This document shows, piece by piece, positions 56,167 through 64,000 of a DNA stretch of 64,000 nt (within the stretch, counting starts at the first letter, position 1; the number at the start of each line of letters is the position of its first letter). Below the pieces are notes generated by a model, which was given only the letters and a program-made list of their open reading frames with translations, ran no database searches and had not been told where the DNA came from. Origin of the DNA: Thermoanaerobaculia bacterium (GTDB lineage: Bacteria; Acidobacteriota; Thermoanaerobaculia; Multivoradales; Multivoraceae); contig OY761158.1 in assembly GCA_963664405.1 (NCBI GenBank), positions 6,208,001 through 6,272,000 on the forward strand, in the 5' to 3' direction. Made by a program: the position numbers and the translations under genes.

Positions 56167-57024
56167 ATGCCTGCTAACCAGAGTCAAGGGATCGAGTCCA
56201 AGAAGATCTCCGCCATCGTTACGACCTATAACGAGGAGAGGGAGATTGCGGATTGCATTCGCACTCTTCTTTGGTGCGACGAGCTGCTGGTGGTCGACTC
56301 CCATTCCACCGATGGCACGGTTCAGGAGGTCGAGGCCTTTTCCCAGGTTCGGTTACTCCAGCATACCTACTACGGCTCTGCCGCGCAGAAGAATTGGGCG
56401 ATGGATCGAACCTCCCACGGGTGGATCCTCATCATCGACGCCGACGAGCGGTGCACGCCTGAGCTTCGACGGGAGATACAGGCTCTGATCTCGGGGGACG
56501 CCGAACACAACAGTTTCAGCATTCGGCGCCGTCTCTTCTTTCTCGGCAAACACATCCGCTTCTCGGGCTTTCAGCGAGACTCGGTGGTGAGGTTGCTGCG
56601 GCGTGGAGCGGGCCGCTATCCCGATCTCCGCGTCCACGCTGACATGAAAACTCTGGGCCCGACGCCGCAGCTCAAGAACCCGATGGATCACTACATGGTG
56701 CGCGACCTCTCAGAGTACGTCCACCGAGTGTGCAAGTACGGGATCTGGGGAGCGGCCCAGGGCTGGAAGGAGCATCGACGTTCTGGCCTCGTGCAGATCC
56801 TCGTGCGTCCCCTGTGGCGTTTCCTCCGTACCTACTTCATCCAGCTGGGATTCCTCGACGGGCTACACGGGCTCGTCTTCTGTGCGCTCCAGGCCTTCGG
56901 CACCTTCCTCAAGTGGTCGATTCTCTGGGGGTGGTCGATGACGGGTGAGCCGCGCCTTCCCGAGTTTGACGAGAGGGAGGAGACCTGGTCGATCGGTGAC
57001 GAGGCTCGCCAGTCCTCCGCCTGA
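56167..57024 (+). CDS. Glycosyltransferase family 2 (WaaE/KdtX-like)
   Basis: TYNEE, VVDSHSTDGT, IDADE, GFLDG. Confidence 0.88.
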   Translation: MPANQSQGIESKKISAIVTTYNEEREIADCIRTLLWCDELLVVDSHSTDGTVQEVEAFSQVRLLQHTYYGSAAQKNWAMDRTSHGWILIIDADERCTPELRREIQALISGDAEHNSFSIRRRLFFLGKHIRFSGFQRDSVVRLLRRGAGRYPDLRVHADMKTLGPTPQLKNPMDHYMVRDLSEYVHRVCKYGIWGAAQGWKEHRRSGLVQILVRPLWRFLRTYFIQLGFLDGLHGLVFCALQAFGTFLKWSILWGWSMTGEPRLPEFDEREETWSIGDEARQSSA

Positions 57025-57033
57025 AGTCCCTCG

Positions 57034-57870
57034 ATGGTCGTCTCCGTCATCCTCAGTACGTATAACTCGCCCGATCTGCTCGAGAGAACGCTTGCTGGCT
57101 ACAGTCGGCAGACTGTAGAGAAGAGCTTCGAGGTCGTCGTAGCGGACGATGGCTCCAGCGACGAGACGAGGGAGCTGGTGGACCGGCTGCGTCGGGACTT
57201 CGAGCTAGATCTGCGTCATGTTTGGCACGAAGACCGTGGGTTCAGGAAGTGCGAGATTCTCAATCGGGCGATCGAGCAGGCGCGTGGCGAGTATCTAGTC
57301 TTCTCCGACGGAGACTGCATTCCGTGGTCGGAGTTTCTCGCCATTCATCTACGACTCGCATGCCGAGGCCGTTTTCTTTCGGGGGGCTACTTTCATCTGC
57401 CGCGCGAGCTGAGCGAAGGGCTCACGGTTGACGATGTGAGGCAGGGTCGCGCCGAGAGTCTCGAGTGGCTCCACCGTCATGGCCTGCCGCGGTCGTGGAG
57501 GAGCCGTCGCCTGGGTTCCTCCGCATCGGTGGGGCGGATCTTCGACCTGCTGACGCCGACTCGACCGAGCTGGAACGGACATAACGCTTCCGGGTGGAAG
57601 GATGATCTCGTGCAGGTCAACGGTTTCGACGAACGTATGGGGTGGGGTGGAGAGGACCGTGAGCTGGGCGAGAGGTTGGTGAACCTCGGGCTCAGAGGGG
57701 TTCAGATCCGCCATCGCGCGCTCTGCCTTCACCAGTGGCACGAGCGCAGCTACGTGAACGATGAAGTCGTCGCCGAGAATCTGCGCATGCGCGGCGAGAC
57801 CGCCCGTGAGCGTGCTACCTATACGACTCACGGCATCGTCAAGAGCGGCGGCTCTGCAGCTCGTGCATAG
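57034..57870 (+). CDS. Glycosyltransferase family 2
   Basis: STYN, VADDGS, FSDGDC, GWGGED. Confidence 0.88.
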   Translation: MVVSVILSTYNSPDLLERTLAGYSRQTVEKSFEVVVADDGSSDETRELVDRLRRDFELDLRHVWHEDRGFRKCEILNRAIEQARGEYLVFSDGDCIPWSEFLAIHLRLACRGRFLSGGYFHLPRELSEGLTVDDVRQGRAESLEWLHRHGLPRSWRSRRLGSSASVGRIFDLLTPTRPSWNGHNASGWKDDLVQVNGFDERMGWGGEDRELGERLVNLGLRGVQIRHRALCLHQWHERSYVNDEVVAENLRMRGETARERATYTTHGIVKSGGSAARA

Positions 57871-57952
57871 AATCTTGTAGATGCAGCCGCTTCTGGCGTT
57901 GGATTCGATGTGGGTATTCCCAGCCCTGGGTATCTTGGCTTAAGGTGGTTCC

Positions 57953-59563
57953 ATGAAGGGGATGATCAGCCTGATCGGCGCTTGCGGGTGCCTTGTCGCC
58001 TGTGCGACCACTGGATCTCATTCAGACGCGAGCCGGGGGCATGGAGCCGGCGACAGCGGAACCGCCGCCTTCGAAGCGCCGATCGACCTGATTCCTGGAG
58101 CGACCGGGGCCCACACCTGGAAGATCAGTACCGACAGCGAGCGGGCGCAGGCGTATTTCAACCAGGGGCTACAGCTGCGCTATGCCTATGTGATGGACGA
58201 GGCGGCGAGAAGTTTCCGCGAAGCACGCTTGGCAGATCCTGAGTGTGCGATGTGCTACTGGGGCGAGGCCTGGGCTCTCGGTTCGTTCTTGAACGGTGGC
58301 ATGAGCTCCGAAAGGGCGCCGTACGCCCGCGCGGCGAGCGAGAAGGCGGCGACCCTCGCCGAGAAAGTAACCGAGGTCGAGCGCGATCTCATCATGGCTT
58401 CGCGAGTGCGCTACCCGGAGGACTACGACCCCGAAAACCGCCTCAGAGACGACGAGGCGTTCGCGGCCGAGATGGCGAAAGTGTACGAGAGCTATCCCGG
58501 GCATCACGAGGTTGCGGTGATCAACGCGATCTCTCTCTTTCTCCTCGAAGAGCGGCGAGGTACGCGAGATCTCGAGGATCCTGACCTGATTCGCTTGCAT
58601 GGCGTGCTCACCAGGGTGTTGGAAGAGGACATCAAACACCCGGGCGCATGCCACCTCTACATTCACTCAACAGAGTCCACCGAGCAGCCGGGCCTGGCGC
58701 TGGCCTGTGCCGAGTATCTGGGGAGCGCGATTCCGGTCGCCAGTCACATCCAGCACATGCCGTCGCACACCTGGAATGAGGTCGGGTTGTGGGGGCGTTC
58801 GGTACGGGCAAATATCGCGGCCGTGCACTCGGATATGAAGGCAGCGCAGAACCAGGGGTTCTCCTATGCGCCTTCGCACAATCTGCACATGCTGCTCTTC
58901 GCCGCCTCCTACGACGGCCAGGGAGCGATCGCCACACAGGCGGGGAAGGACTATCGCAAGCTCACCAAGAATTCGATGTACCAGGTCCTGACGCTGATCC
59001 GTTTCGGCCGCTTCGACGAAGTGATCGACAACGACGATCGTCCCGCGAACGAGGTGGGTGCGGCCCTGTGGGATTTCGCCTACGGCTACGCGAGCTTGAA
59101 GGAAGGCGATGTTGCAACTGCAGAGTCGATGCGCGACAAGATTCTCGAGTTCGCGGCGACCACGGACCAGGAGTTCCGCTTCCATCCCGCCAGCCGCCTG
59201 GTCGGTGCAGTTGCCCAAATCCTGGAGGGCGAGATCTTGCGGCTGGAGGGCGATCTGACTGGCGCTATCAATGCCTTTCAGGAGGCGGCGTGGATCGAAG
59301 ACTCTCTCGAGTACGACGAGCCGGAGCCGCTTCCGTTTGCGGCTCGACACTGGCTCGGTGCCGCGCTCTTAGAGGCCGATCGATTCGAAGAGGCTGAAGA
59401 GGAGTATCGAACCGAGCTCGAGGACCACCCCCACAACGTCTGGTCTCTCCATGGCCTGACCGCGGCGCTCGAAGCGCAGGGCAAGGTGGACCCGGAGGTA
59501 CGCGAGGATTTCTCCTTGAGTACCGCTCGGACGGACGCCTGGATCACCGCGTCACGCTTTTGA
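57953..59563 (+). CDS. TPR-containing probable lipoprotein
   Basis: LVAC lipobox, AQAYFNQG, CAMCYWG.A, HPGACHLYIH, HMPSH. Confidence 0.8.
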   Translation: MKGMISLIGACGCLVACATTGSHSDASRGHGAGDSGTAAFEAPIDLIPGATGAHTWKISTDSERAQAYFNQGLQLRYAYVMDEAARSFREARLADPECAMCYWGEAWALGSFLNGGMSSERAPYARAASEKAATLAEKVTEVERDLIMASRVRYPEDYDPENRLRDDEAFAAEMAKVYESYPGHHEVAVINAISLFLLEERRGTRDLEDPDLIRLHGVLTRVLEEDIKHPGACHLYIHSTESTEQPGLALACAEYLGSAIPVASHIQHMPSHTWNEVGLWGRSVRANIAAVHSDMKAAQNQGFSYAPSHNLHMLLFAASYDGQGAIATQAGKDYRKLTKNSMYQVLTLIRFGRFDEVIDNDDRPANEVGAALWDFAYGYASLKEGDVATAESMRDKILEFAATTDQEFRFHPASRLVGAVAQILEGEILRLEGDLTGAINAFQEAAWIEDSLEYDEPEPLPFAARHWLGAALLEADRFEEAEEEYRTELEDHPHNVWSLHGLTAALEAQGKVDPEVREDFSLSTARTDAWITASRF

Positions 59564-59597
59564 GCCTGCCTCCTCGAGGTCGGCCCCCGGATACGAG

Positions 59598-60689
59598 TCA
59601 ATCGGGATAGGGAGTCGAGTCGATGCCGGGGATGATTCGCAACGCGTTCTTGTAGTAGATCTTTTTGAGGACGTCGTCGGGCAGGGCGAGGCCGTACATC
59701 TTCCAGTGGGCGTGGCGTTTTCGGTAATAGTCGAAGTACTCGTCGGCGGTCTCGAGAGTACGGAAGTAGACGTGGTACTCGCTCTCCTCGAAGCTGCCGT
59801 CTTTGCCGAGAAGGACGCGGTCCTGATAACGAATCAGGAACTCGCGCGCCTTGCGAGGTTGGCGTCCCAGCTCCGCTAGCACCGCCCCCATCCCGGTCAT
59901 CATGTTCGGCAGCTCGTCCATCAGGTCTCCGAGTCGAGTGAGGTCGTTGCCGAGCCACCCCAGATGAGCGTTGATGAAGGTGGTGCGCGGGTGCTTACGG
60001 AAGAGATTGTGCTGCTCGGTCATGGTCTGGTCGAAAGAGGCGAAGTTCTCGGCGTCTCGCTTCCTGTTCGGGTACTGAGTGAGCTCGAGCCAGCGCTCGT
60101 TGAAGCGGTCGTGCGGAAACCAGAACGGGCTCGGCTCGCCGGTGTGAATCAGCACCGGGATGCCCAGCTCCGCACACTTCTCCCAGATCGGATCGAGACG
60201 AGAATCATCGGTGGGGACTCGCTCTCCTGCGGAGTCACGCGTGAACATGCCAAGGTTCTTGAAGATCTTGAGGCCCTGTGCCCCGTGCTCTTTGACGTCG
60301 CGCTCGAGCTGCGCTGCGGCACGTGCGCCGTAGTCGGCGTCGTCGATGCCGTCGAAGCTGACGTTGGCGAAGACCACGAAGCGTTCGGGGAAGCGACCCT
60401 TTAGCGCCTCGACCTTGGATTGCAGCCCGCTGCCCGACCCGCCGCTCAGGTTCACCATCAGCTGCATGCCGAGCGCATCCATGCCCTCGACGAGCTCGTC
60501 GACACTCGAGGCAGACGCGCGGCGAACGTGGCCGTGGACGTCGATGAAGGGAAAGCGAGCCCGAGTCGTGGGGTGTTCCGGAACTACGAGATTCGAGCGC
60601 GGCTCATAGTCCGCAACGCTGAGGTCCTGCGAGCAGGCGGCTCCGGCCACCAAGGAAATGACGATCGAAACTGTCAGTGGCCGCGCCAT
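59598..60689 (-). CDS. Amidohydrolase family protein
   Basis: FIDVHGH, GLKIFK, VLIHTGE, INAH, LLGKD. Confidence 0.88.
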   Translation of the reverse strand: MARPLTVSIVISLVAGAACSQDLSVADYEPRSNLVVPEHPTTRARFPFIDVHGHVRRASASSVDELVEGMDALGMQLMVNLSGGSGSGLQSKVEALKGRFPERFVVFANVSFDGIDDADYGARAAAQLERDVKEHGAQGLKIFKNLGMFTRDSAGERVPTDDSRLDPIWEKCAELGIPVLIHTGEPSPFWFPHDRFNERWLELTQYPNRKRDAENFASFDQTMTEQHNLFRKHPRTTFINAHLGWLGNDLTRLGDLMDELPNMMTGMGAVLAELGRQPRKAREFLIRYQDRVLLGKDGSFEESEYHVYFRTLETADEYFDYYRKRHAHWKMYGLALPDDVLKKIYYKNALRIIPGIDSTPYPD

Positions 60690-60702
60690 CGGAGATTCGC
60701 CT

Positions 60703-61578
60703 TCAGGCGCACTTGCAGAGATCGATCAGGAAAGCTCGGATCGCTCGAGGAAGAGCGGGGTCGGCAATCGCGCTCATGTGATCCTTACCGTCGAGTACAA
60801 CGACCTTGGTGGCGGGTAGAACTTCGTGGAGACGGTCGACGCCTGCTCGAAGCGGATCGAGCTCGCCGACAACCGCCAGAATCGGCACCTCGATGCTGCG
60901 TACCGACTCCTCCGACGGAGCGATCCCGGTCATCCCTCGCACCGCCGCGGCGAGGGCGAGCGGGTCGTTGTTGGCGAGGATGAACTGGCTCATCGCGGTC
61001 ATCTGCTCAGCGCTGGGCTGCGGCTGGCCCTCCGGTGTCAGCGCGGCGAAGAGCGGCCCGAGACCTTCACCGCTCTCGAGCGACTCGGCGAGCCGATCAT
61101 TCGGGACCCCTTCATTCGGCTCGTTCCAGCCCGCTCCCCCCAGCACTACTGCCGAGAGCAGCTCGGGGTGGCGCGTTACCAGGTCGAGGGTGATGAATCC
61201 TCCCATCGAGTAGCCGACGACGTTGGCCTTCTCGATGCCGAGATGGTCGAGCAGCCGGACCACGTCGTCTGCCATATTCGAGCCGTAGGCGGCGGGGTCG
61301 TGAGGCTTGCCGCTCTTGCCGTGCCCGCGGGTGTCGAGGGCGATGACTTTGAACTCTTGGGAAAGAGCCTCGACGACGCCTGGGAGCTCCCAGTTTGCCT
61401 CGATTGAGGCGGTGAAACCGTGGATCAGGACGATGGGCTCACCCACACCCCAGGTTTTGTAGCGGATCTCAACGCCGCTCGAGTCGAAGAACTGGTCCTC
61501 GGACTCGGCGTCCGCGAATGCCGGCAATGCGAGGAGAATGAGAGTGGCTATCAGGCGTGTCGAGTGGTGGGTTCGCAC
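60703..61578 (-). CDS. Alpha/beta hydrolase, exported
   Basis: LIHGF, DTRGHG, GYSMGG, DH. Confidence 0.88.
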   Translation of the reverse strand: MRTHHSTRLIATLILLALPAFADAESEDQFFDSSGVEIRYKTWGVGEPIVLIHGFTASIEANWELPGVVEALSQEFKVIALDTRGHGKSGKPHDPAAYGSNMADDVVRLLDHLGIEKANVVGYSMGGFITLDLVTRHPELLSAVVLGGAGWNEPNEGVPNDRLAESLESGEGLGPLFAALTPEGQPQPSAEQMTAMSQFILANNDPLALAAAVRGMTGIAPSEESVRSIEVPILAVVGELDPLRAGVDRLHEVLPATKVVVLDGKDHMSAIADPALPRAIRAFLIDLCKCA

Positions 61579-61657
61579 AACGGGGCTCCTTTCGAGGGCG
61601 GCTGAGTTTATCTCAGCCCCCTGCCCCCCGGCATACAATGCGGGCTCGGCGACCGCG

Positions 61658-62365
61658 ATGATCGTGTTTGAGCAAGGGGACTCGCGCGTCCTCATCAACC
61701 AGACCGACCACGCTCACTTTTGTGGAGAGTTGTTGTCACTGTGGCGCCAGGACGGTCTCCCCGAAAACCCTCGGCGCGAAGAGGTGCTCTTCGCCGCTCG
61801 ACATCACGACAACGGCTGGCGTGAAGAGGATGCCGCGCCGCACTTCGACCCGACGACAGGCGCGCCTCATACCTTTCTCTCTCTACCGCCCCAGCACCGT
61901 GCCGATCTCTGGCGGCGGGGAGTTGCCCGGTATCGAGAGCAGCGGCCCTACGCCGCGCTGCTCATCTTCGAGCATGCTCTTGCCCTGCATCGTGGCGTAG
62001 CCTCGTCTCCTCCTTATGACGCGCTTGTCGCAGAGCTCAGCGGCTGTCGTAGGGAGCTGATCGAGGAGCTGGGTGTAGACGCGGAAGATCTGCGGCGGGA
62101 CTACGCCTTCATCGGTCTCGCCGATCTGGTCTCGCTGGTCGCCTGTAGCGGGCTTTCGGGGCCCAGGGAGTGTAACGGGCGCCGATTCTGGCTCGAGGAG
62201 CAGACGCTTATTCTCGAACCCTTGCCGCTGGTGGGTCGGACGCGCTTTCGCATTCCGTGTCGGCGAATTGAAGGGACGGCGGTCCGCGGGGCCGCCGAGC
62301 TTGCTGCTGTTATCGGCGGCGCCCGCTGGCAGCATCTCGAGCTCTTTGTTGATAGCGGCGCATGA
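61658..62365 (+). CDS. DUF3891 family protein
   Basis: INQTDHA...W...HHDNGW.E.D..P. Confidence 0.78.
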   Translation: MIVFEQGDSRVLINQTDHAHFCGELLSLWRQDGLPENPRREEVLFAARHHDNGWREEDAAPHFDPTTGAPHTFLSLPPQHRADLWRRGVARYREQRPYAALLIFEHALALHRGVASSPPYDALVAELSGCRRELIEELGVDAEDLRRDYAFIGLADLVSLVACSGLSGPRECNGRRFWLEEQTLILEPLPLVGRTRFRIPCRRIEGTAVRGAAELAAVIGGARWQHLELFVDSGA

Positions 62366-62474
62366 TCCGTCTGCTACACTCGAAACCAGGCCCGAGGCTC
62401 GAAGAAGGGCGCTCATATTTGCCGAGCGGCGGCAGCATCGATCGCCCCAAGGGCTCCGAAATAGGAGGAACCTG

Positions 62475-62696
62475 ATGGCTACCAACCAAGCCTCAATGGC
62501 ACGACGACAGAGAGAGCGGCAGCGCCAGCAGCGCCGGCGCGAGAAGATGGCCAAGCGGATGGAAAAACGAGCGCAGAAGGCGGCAGCGGGAACGACGGAG
62601 GCTGACGAGACCATCGATTGGGAAAGCGCTGTACGCGAAGAAAAGATCCTGTCCGATGAGGACGAAGACGAAGAGGGTGCCCAAGAAGCCCGCTAG
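62475..62696 (+). CDS. Small charged protein (basic N-terminus, acidic C-terminus)
   Basis: AGGAGG RBS; MARRQRERQRQQRRREK. Confidence 0.65.
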   Translation: MATNQASMARRQRERQRQQRRREKMAKRMEKRAQKAAAGTTEADETIDWESAVREEKILSDEDEDEEGAQEAR

Positions 62697-62705
62697 TGCT
62701 TGCCG

Positions 62706-63170
62706 ATGAGCGGGCAGCGATCGAGCGCGCCTGCCGACGCCGTTACAGACCGGGCTACCGGCTTGTTCAGGGGACGTCGAATAGCGCGTGTCTACCGCGC
62801 GCCGAACGGCGTTACAGTGCTGGTTGGCAAGAGCGCGCAGGACAATGACCTGCTCAGCCTGAAGCTCGCTCGCCCGCAGGATCAGTTCTTTCATGTGGCA
62901 GGGCAGCCTGGGAGTCATGTGATCGCTCTCAATGCTGAGAACAGCTCCAGTCTCGATCGCGAGACACTTCGTTTCGCGGCATCGTTGGCCGCCGCCTACT
63001 CGTCCGCGCGCCGCGGTGGTCGCGTTTCCGTTCACCATGCGTTGTGCGCCGATGTCTCCAAGCCGAGAGGTCTCGCCCCCGGCAAGGTTCAATTGCGCCG
63101 CGCGCGATCGGTGCAGGTAGAGCCTTCGCTACAAGAGGAGTCTCGTATTGACCGGATTGAAGAGGGCTGA
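62706..63170 (+). CDS. NFACT RNA-binding (DUF814) domain protein
   Basis: VGKSAQDNDLL...FFHVAGQPGSHV...AASLAAAYS. Confidence 0.82.
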   Translation: MSGQRSSAPADAVTDRATGLFRGRRIARVYRAPNGVTVLVGKSAQDNDLLSLKLARPQDQFFHVAGQPGSHVIALNAENSSSLDRETLRFAASLAAAYSSARRGGRVSVHHALCADVSKPRGLAPGKVQLRRARSVQVEPSLQEESRIDRIEEG

Positions 63171-64000
63171 GCGCGATCTACGCCGAGCGGCGGCCTGCGT
63201 CACACTGGTGGTGGCGGGTTGCGGTACCGAGCCGGTCTCGATCGATTCTTCGTTCGAGGACGCAGCCGCTCTCTTCGAACAGAGAACTCCCGGAGCGCTG
63301 ACCGAGAGTTTCGATCTCTTCGAGGATATTGTTGAGCGCGAGCCCGATAACGCATTAGCGCACGCCGGAGTCGCCTCTAGCGGCTGCCTGCTTGCCCTCT
63401 ACTCGGTTGTCGAGCCTGGCCAGGTCTTGCCGCGGGCACGTCAGGCCGCTGAGGAGGCTCTGCGTCTCGACCCCACTCTGTCTGAAGCTCACTCCGCGCT
63501 CGGCCTCGTCGACTACCTTTACGCCTGGGACTGGCAGAGCGCCGAGGCCCGATTCCGTACGGCACTCGATCTCGACCCGGCCAGCGCCACAGCGTGGCAT
63601 TGGTATGGCATGTTGCTGACCGCGCTCGGCCGCACCGAGGAGGCGGTGGCGGCGCTCGACCGGGCGGCGGAGCTCGCTCCGGAGTCGCGGATCATTCAGG
63701 CAAAGCGGGGTACGGTACTGACCGCCGCCGGTCGTTACGAGGAGGCGCAGGCCCAGCTCGCTCACGCCGCCGAGAAGTTCCCGACTCTGGCTCTGCCTCA
63801 TCGTGAGCTCGGATTTCTCTACCTCGAGCTCGAGCGCTACGAAGACGCCGTGGCGGCTTTCGAGCGCGCCGCGGAGCTCGCCGGGGGAGCTTCTAAGTCC
63901 ACCGGGGGGCTCGGCTATGCCTATGCCGTGGTCGGCGAGGAGGAACGGGCGCGGAAGGTGCTCGATGTGTTTCTCGAGCGCTCGCGTTCGGGCTTTGTTC
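63148..64000 (+). CDS. TPR lipoprotein (runs off the window end)
   Basis: Open frame from TTG 63148 with GAGGAG RBS; VVAGC lipobox; TPR-like EALRLDPTLSEAH...WDWQSAE. Confidence 0.7.
   Translation, partial: MTGLKRAERDLRRAAACVTLVVAGCGTEPVSIDSSFEDAAALFEQRTPGALTESFDLFEDIVEREPDNALAHAGVASSGCLLALYSVVEPGQVLPRARQAAEEALRLDPTLSEAHSALGLVDYLYAWDWQSAEARFRTALDLDPASATAWHWYGMLLTALGRTEEAVAALDRAAELAPESRIIQAKRGTVLTAAGRYEEAQAQLAHAAEKFPTLALPHRELGFLYLELERYEDAVAAFERAAELAGGASKSTGGLGYAYAVVGEEERARKVLDVFLERSRSGFV

Overview
GC-rich bacterial chromosomal window. The gene content (carboxypeptidase-domain TonB receptors, uppS with a wHTH regulator and membrane protein, tandem gap genes, DUF3604) suggests Acidobacteriota, but this is inference. 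The first 12.6 kb is an accessory hotspot. It holds a broken TonB-dependent receptor and four same-strand toxin-antitoxin (TA) modules, each followed by the same 15-bp motif TAYTCGGCTGGCACC. A complete group II intron is inserted inside the fourth motif copy, and its EBS1 loop is complementary to the motif. A head-to-tail dimer of an ISAzo13-family IS follows. The rest is mostly metabolic and envelope genes: two DUF3604 proteins, a xanthine-dehydrogenase-family Mo enzyme, a PEP-utilising RPH-like enzyme, thiolase, two GAPDH paralogs, an octaheme TPR protein, PPIase/HupE, uppS, MATE and GT2s. Four more isolated TA pairs, several truncated or frameshifted genes and at least four families of small structured intergenic repeats are interspersed. 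The best candidates for undescribed biology are (1) the motif-delimited TA cassette array with its site-adapted intron and (2) a ~167-bp CTAG-bounded hairpin element with a conserved core but unrelated, self-complementary arms. No rRNA, tRNA or CRISPR array was seen. All family assignments come from motif recognition by eye, with no database search.
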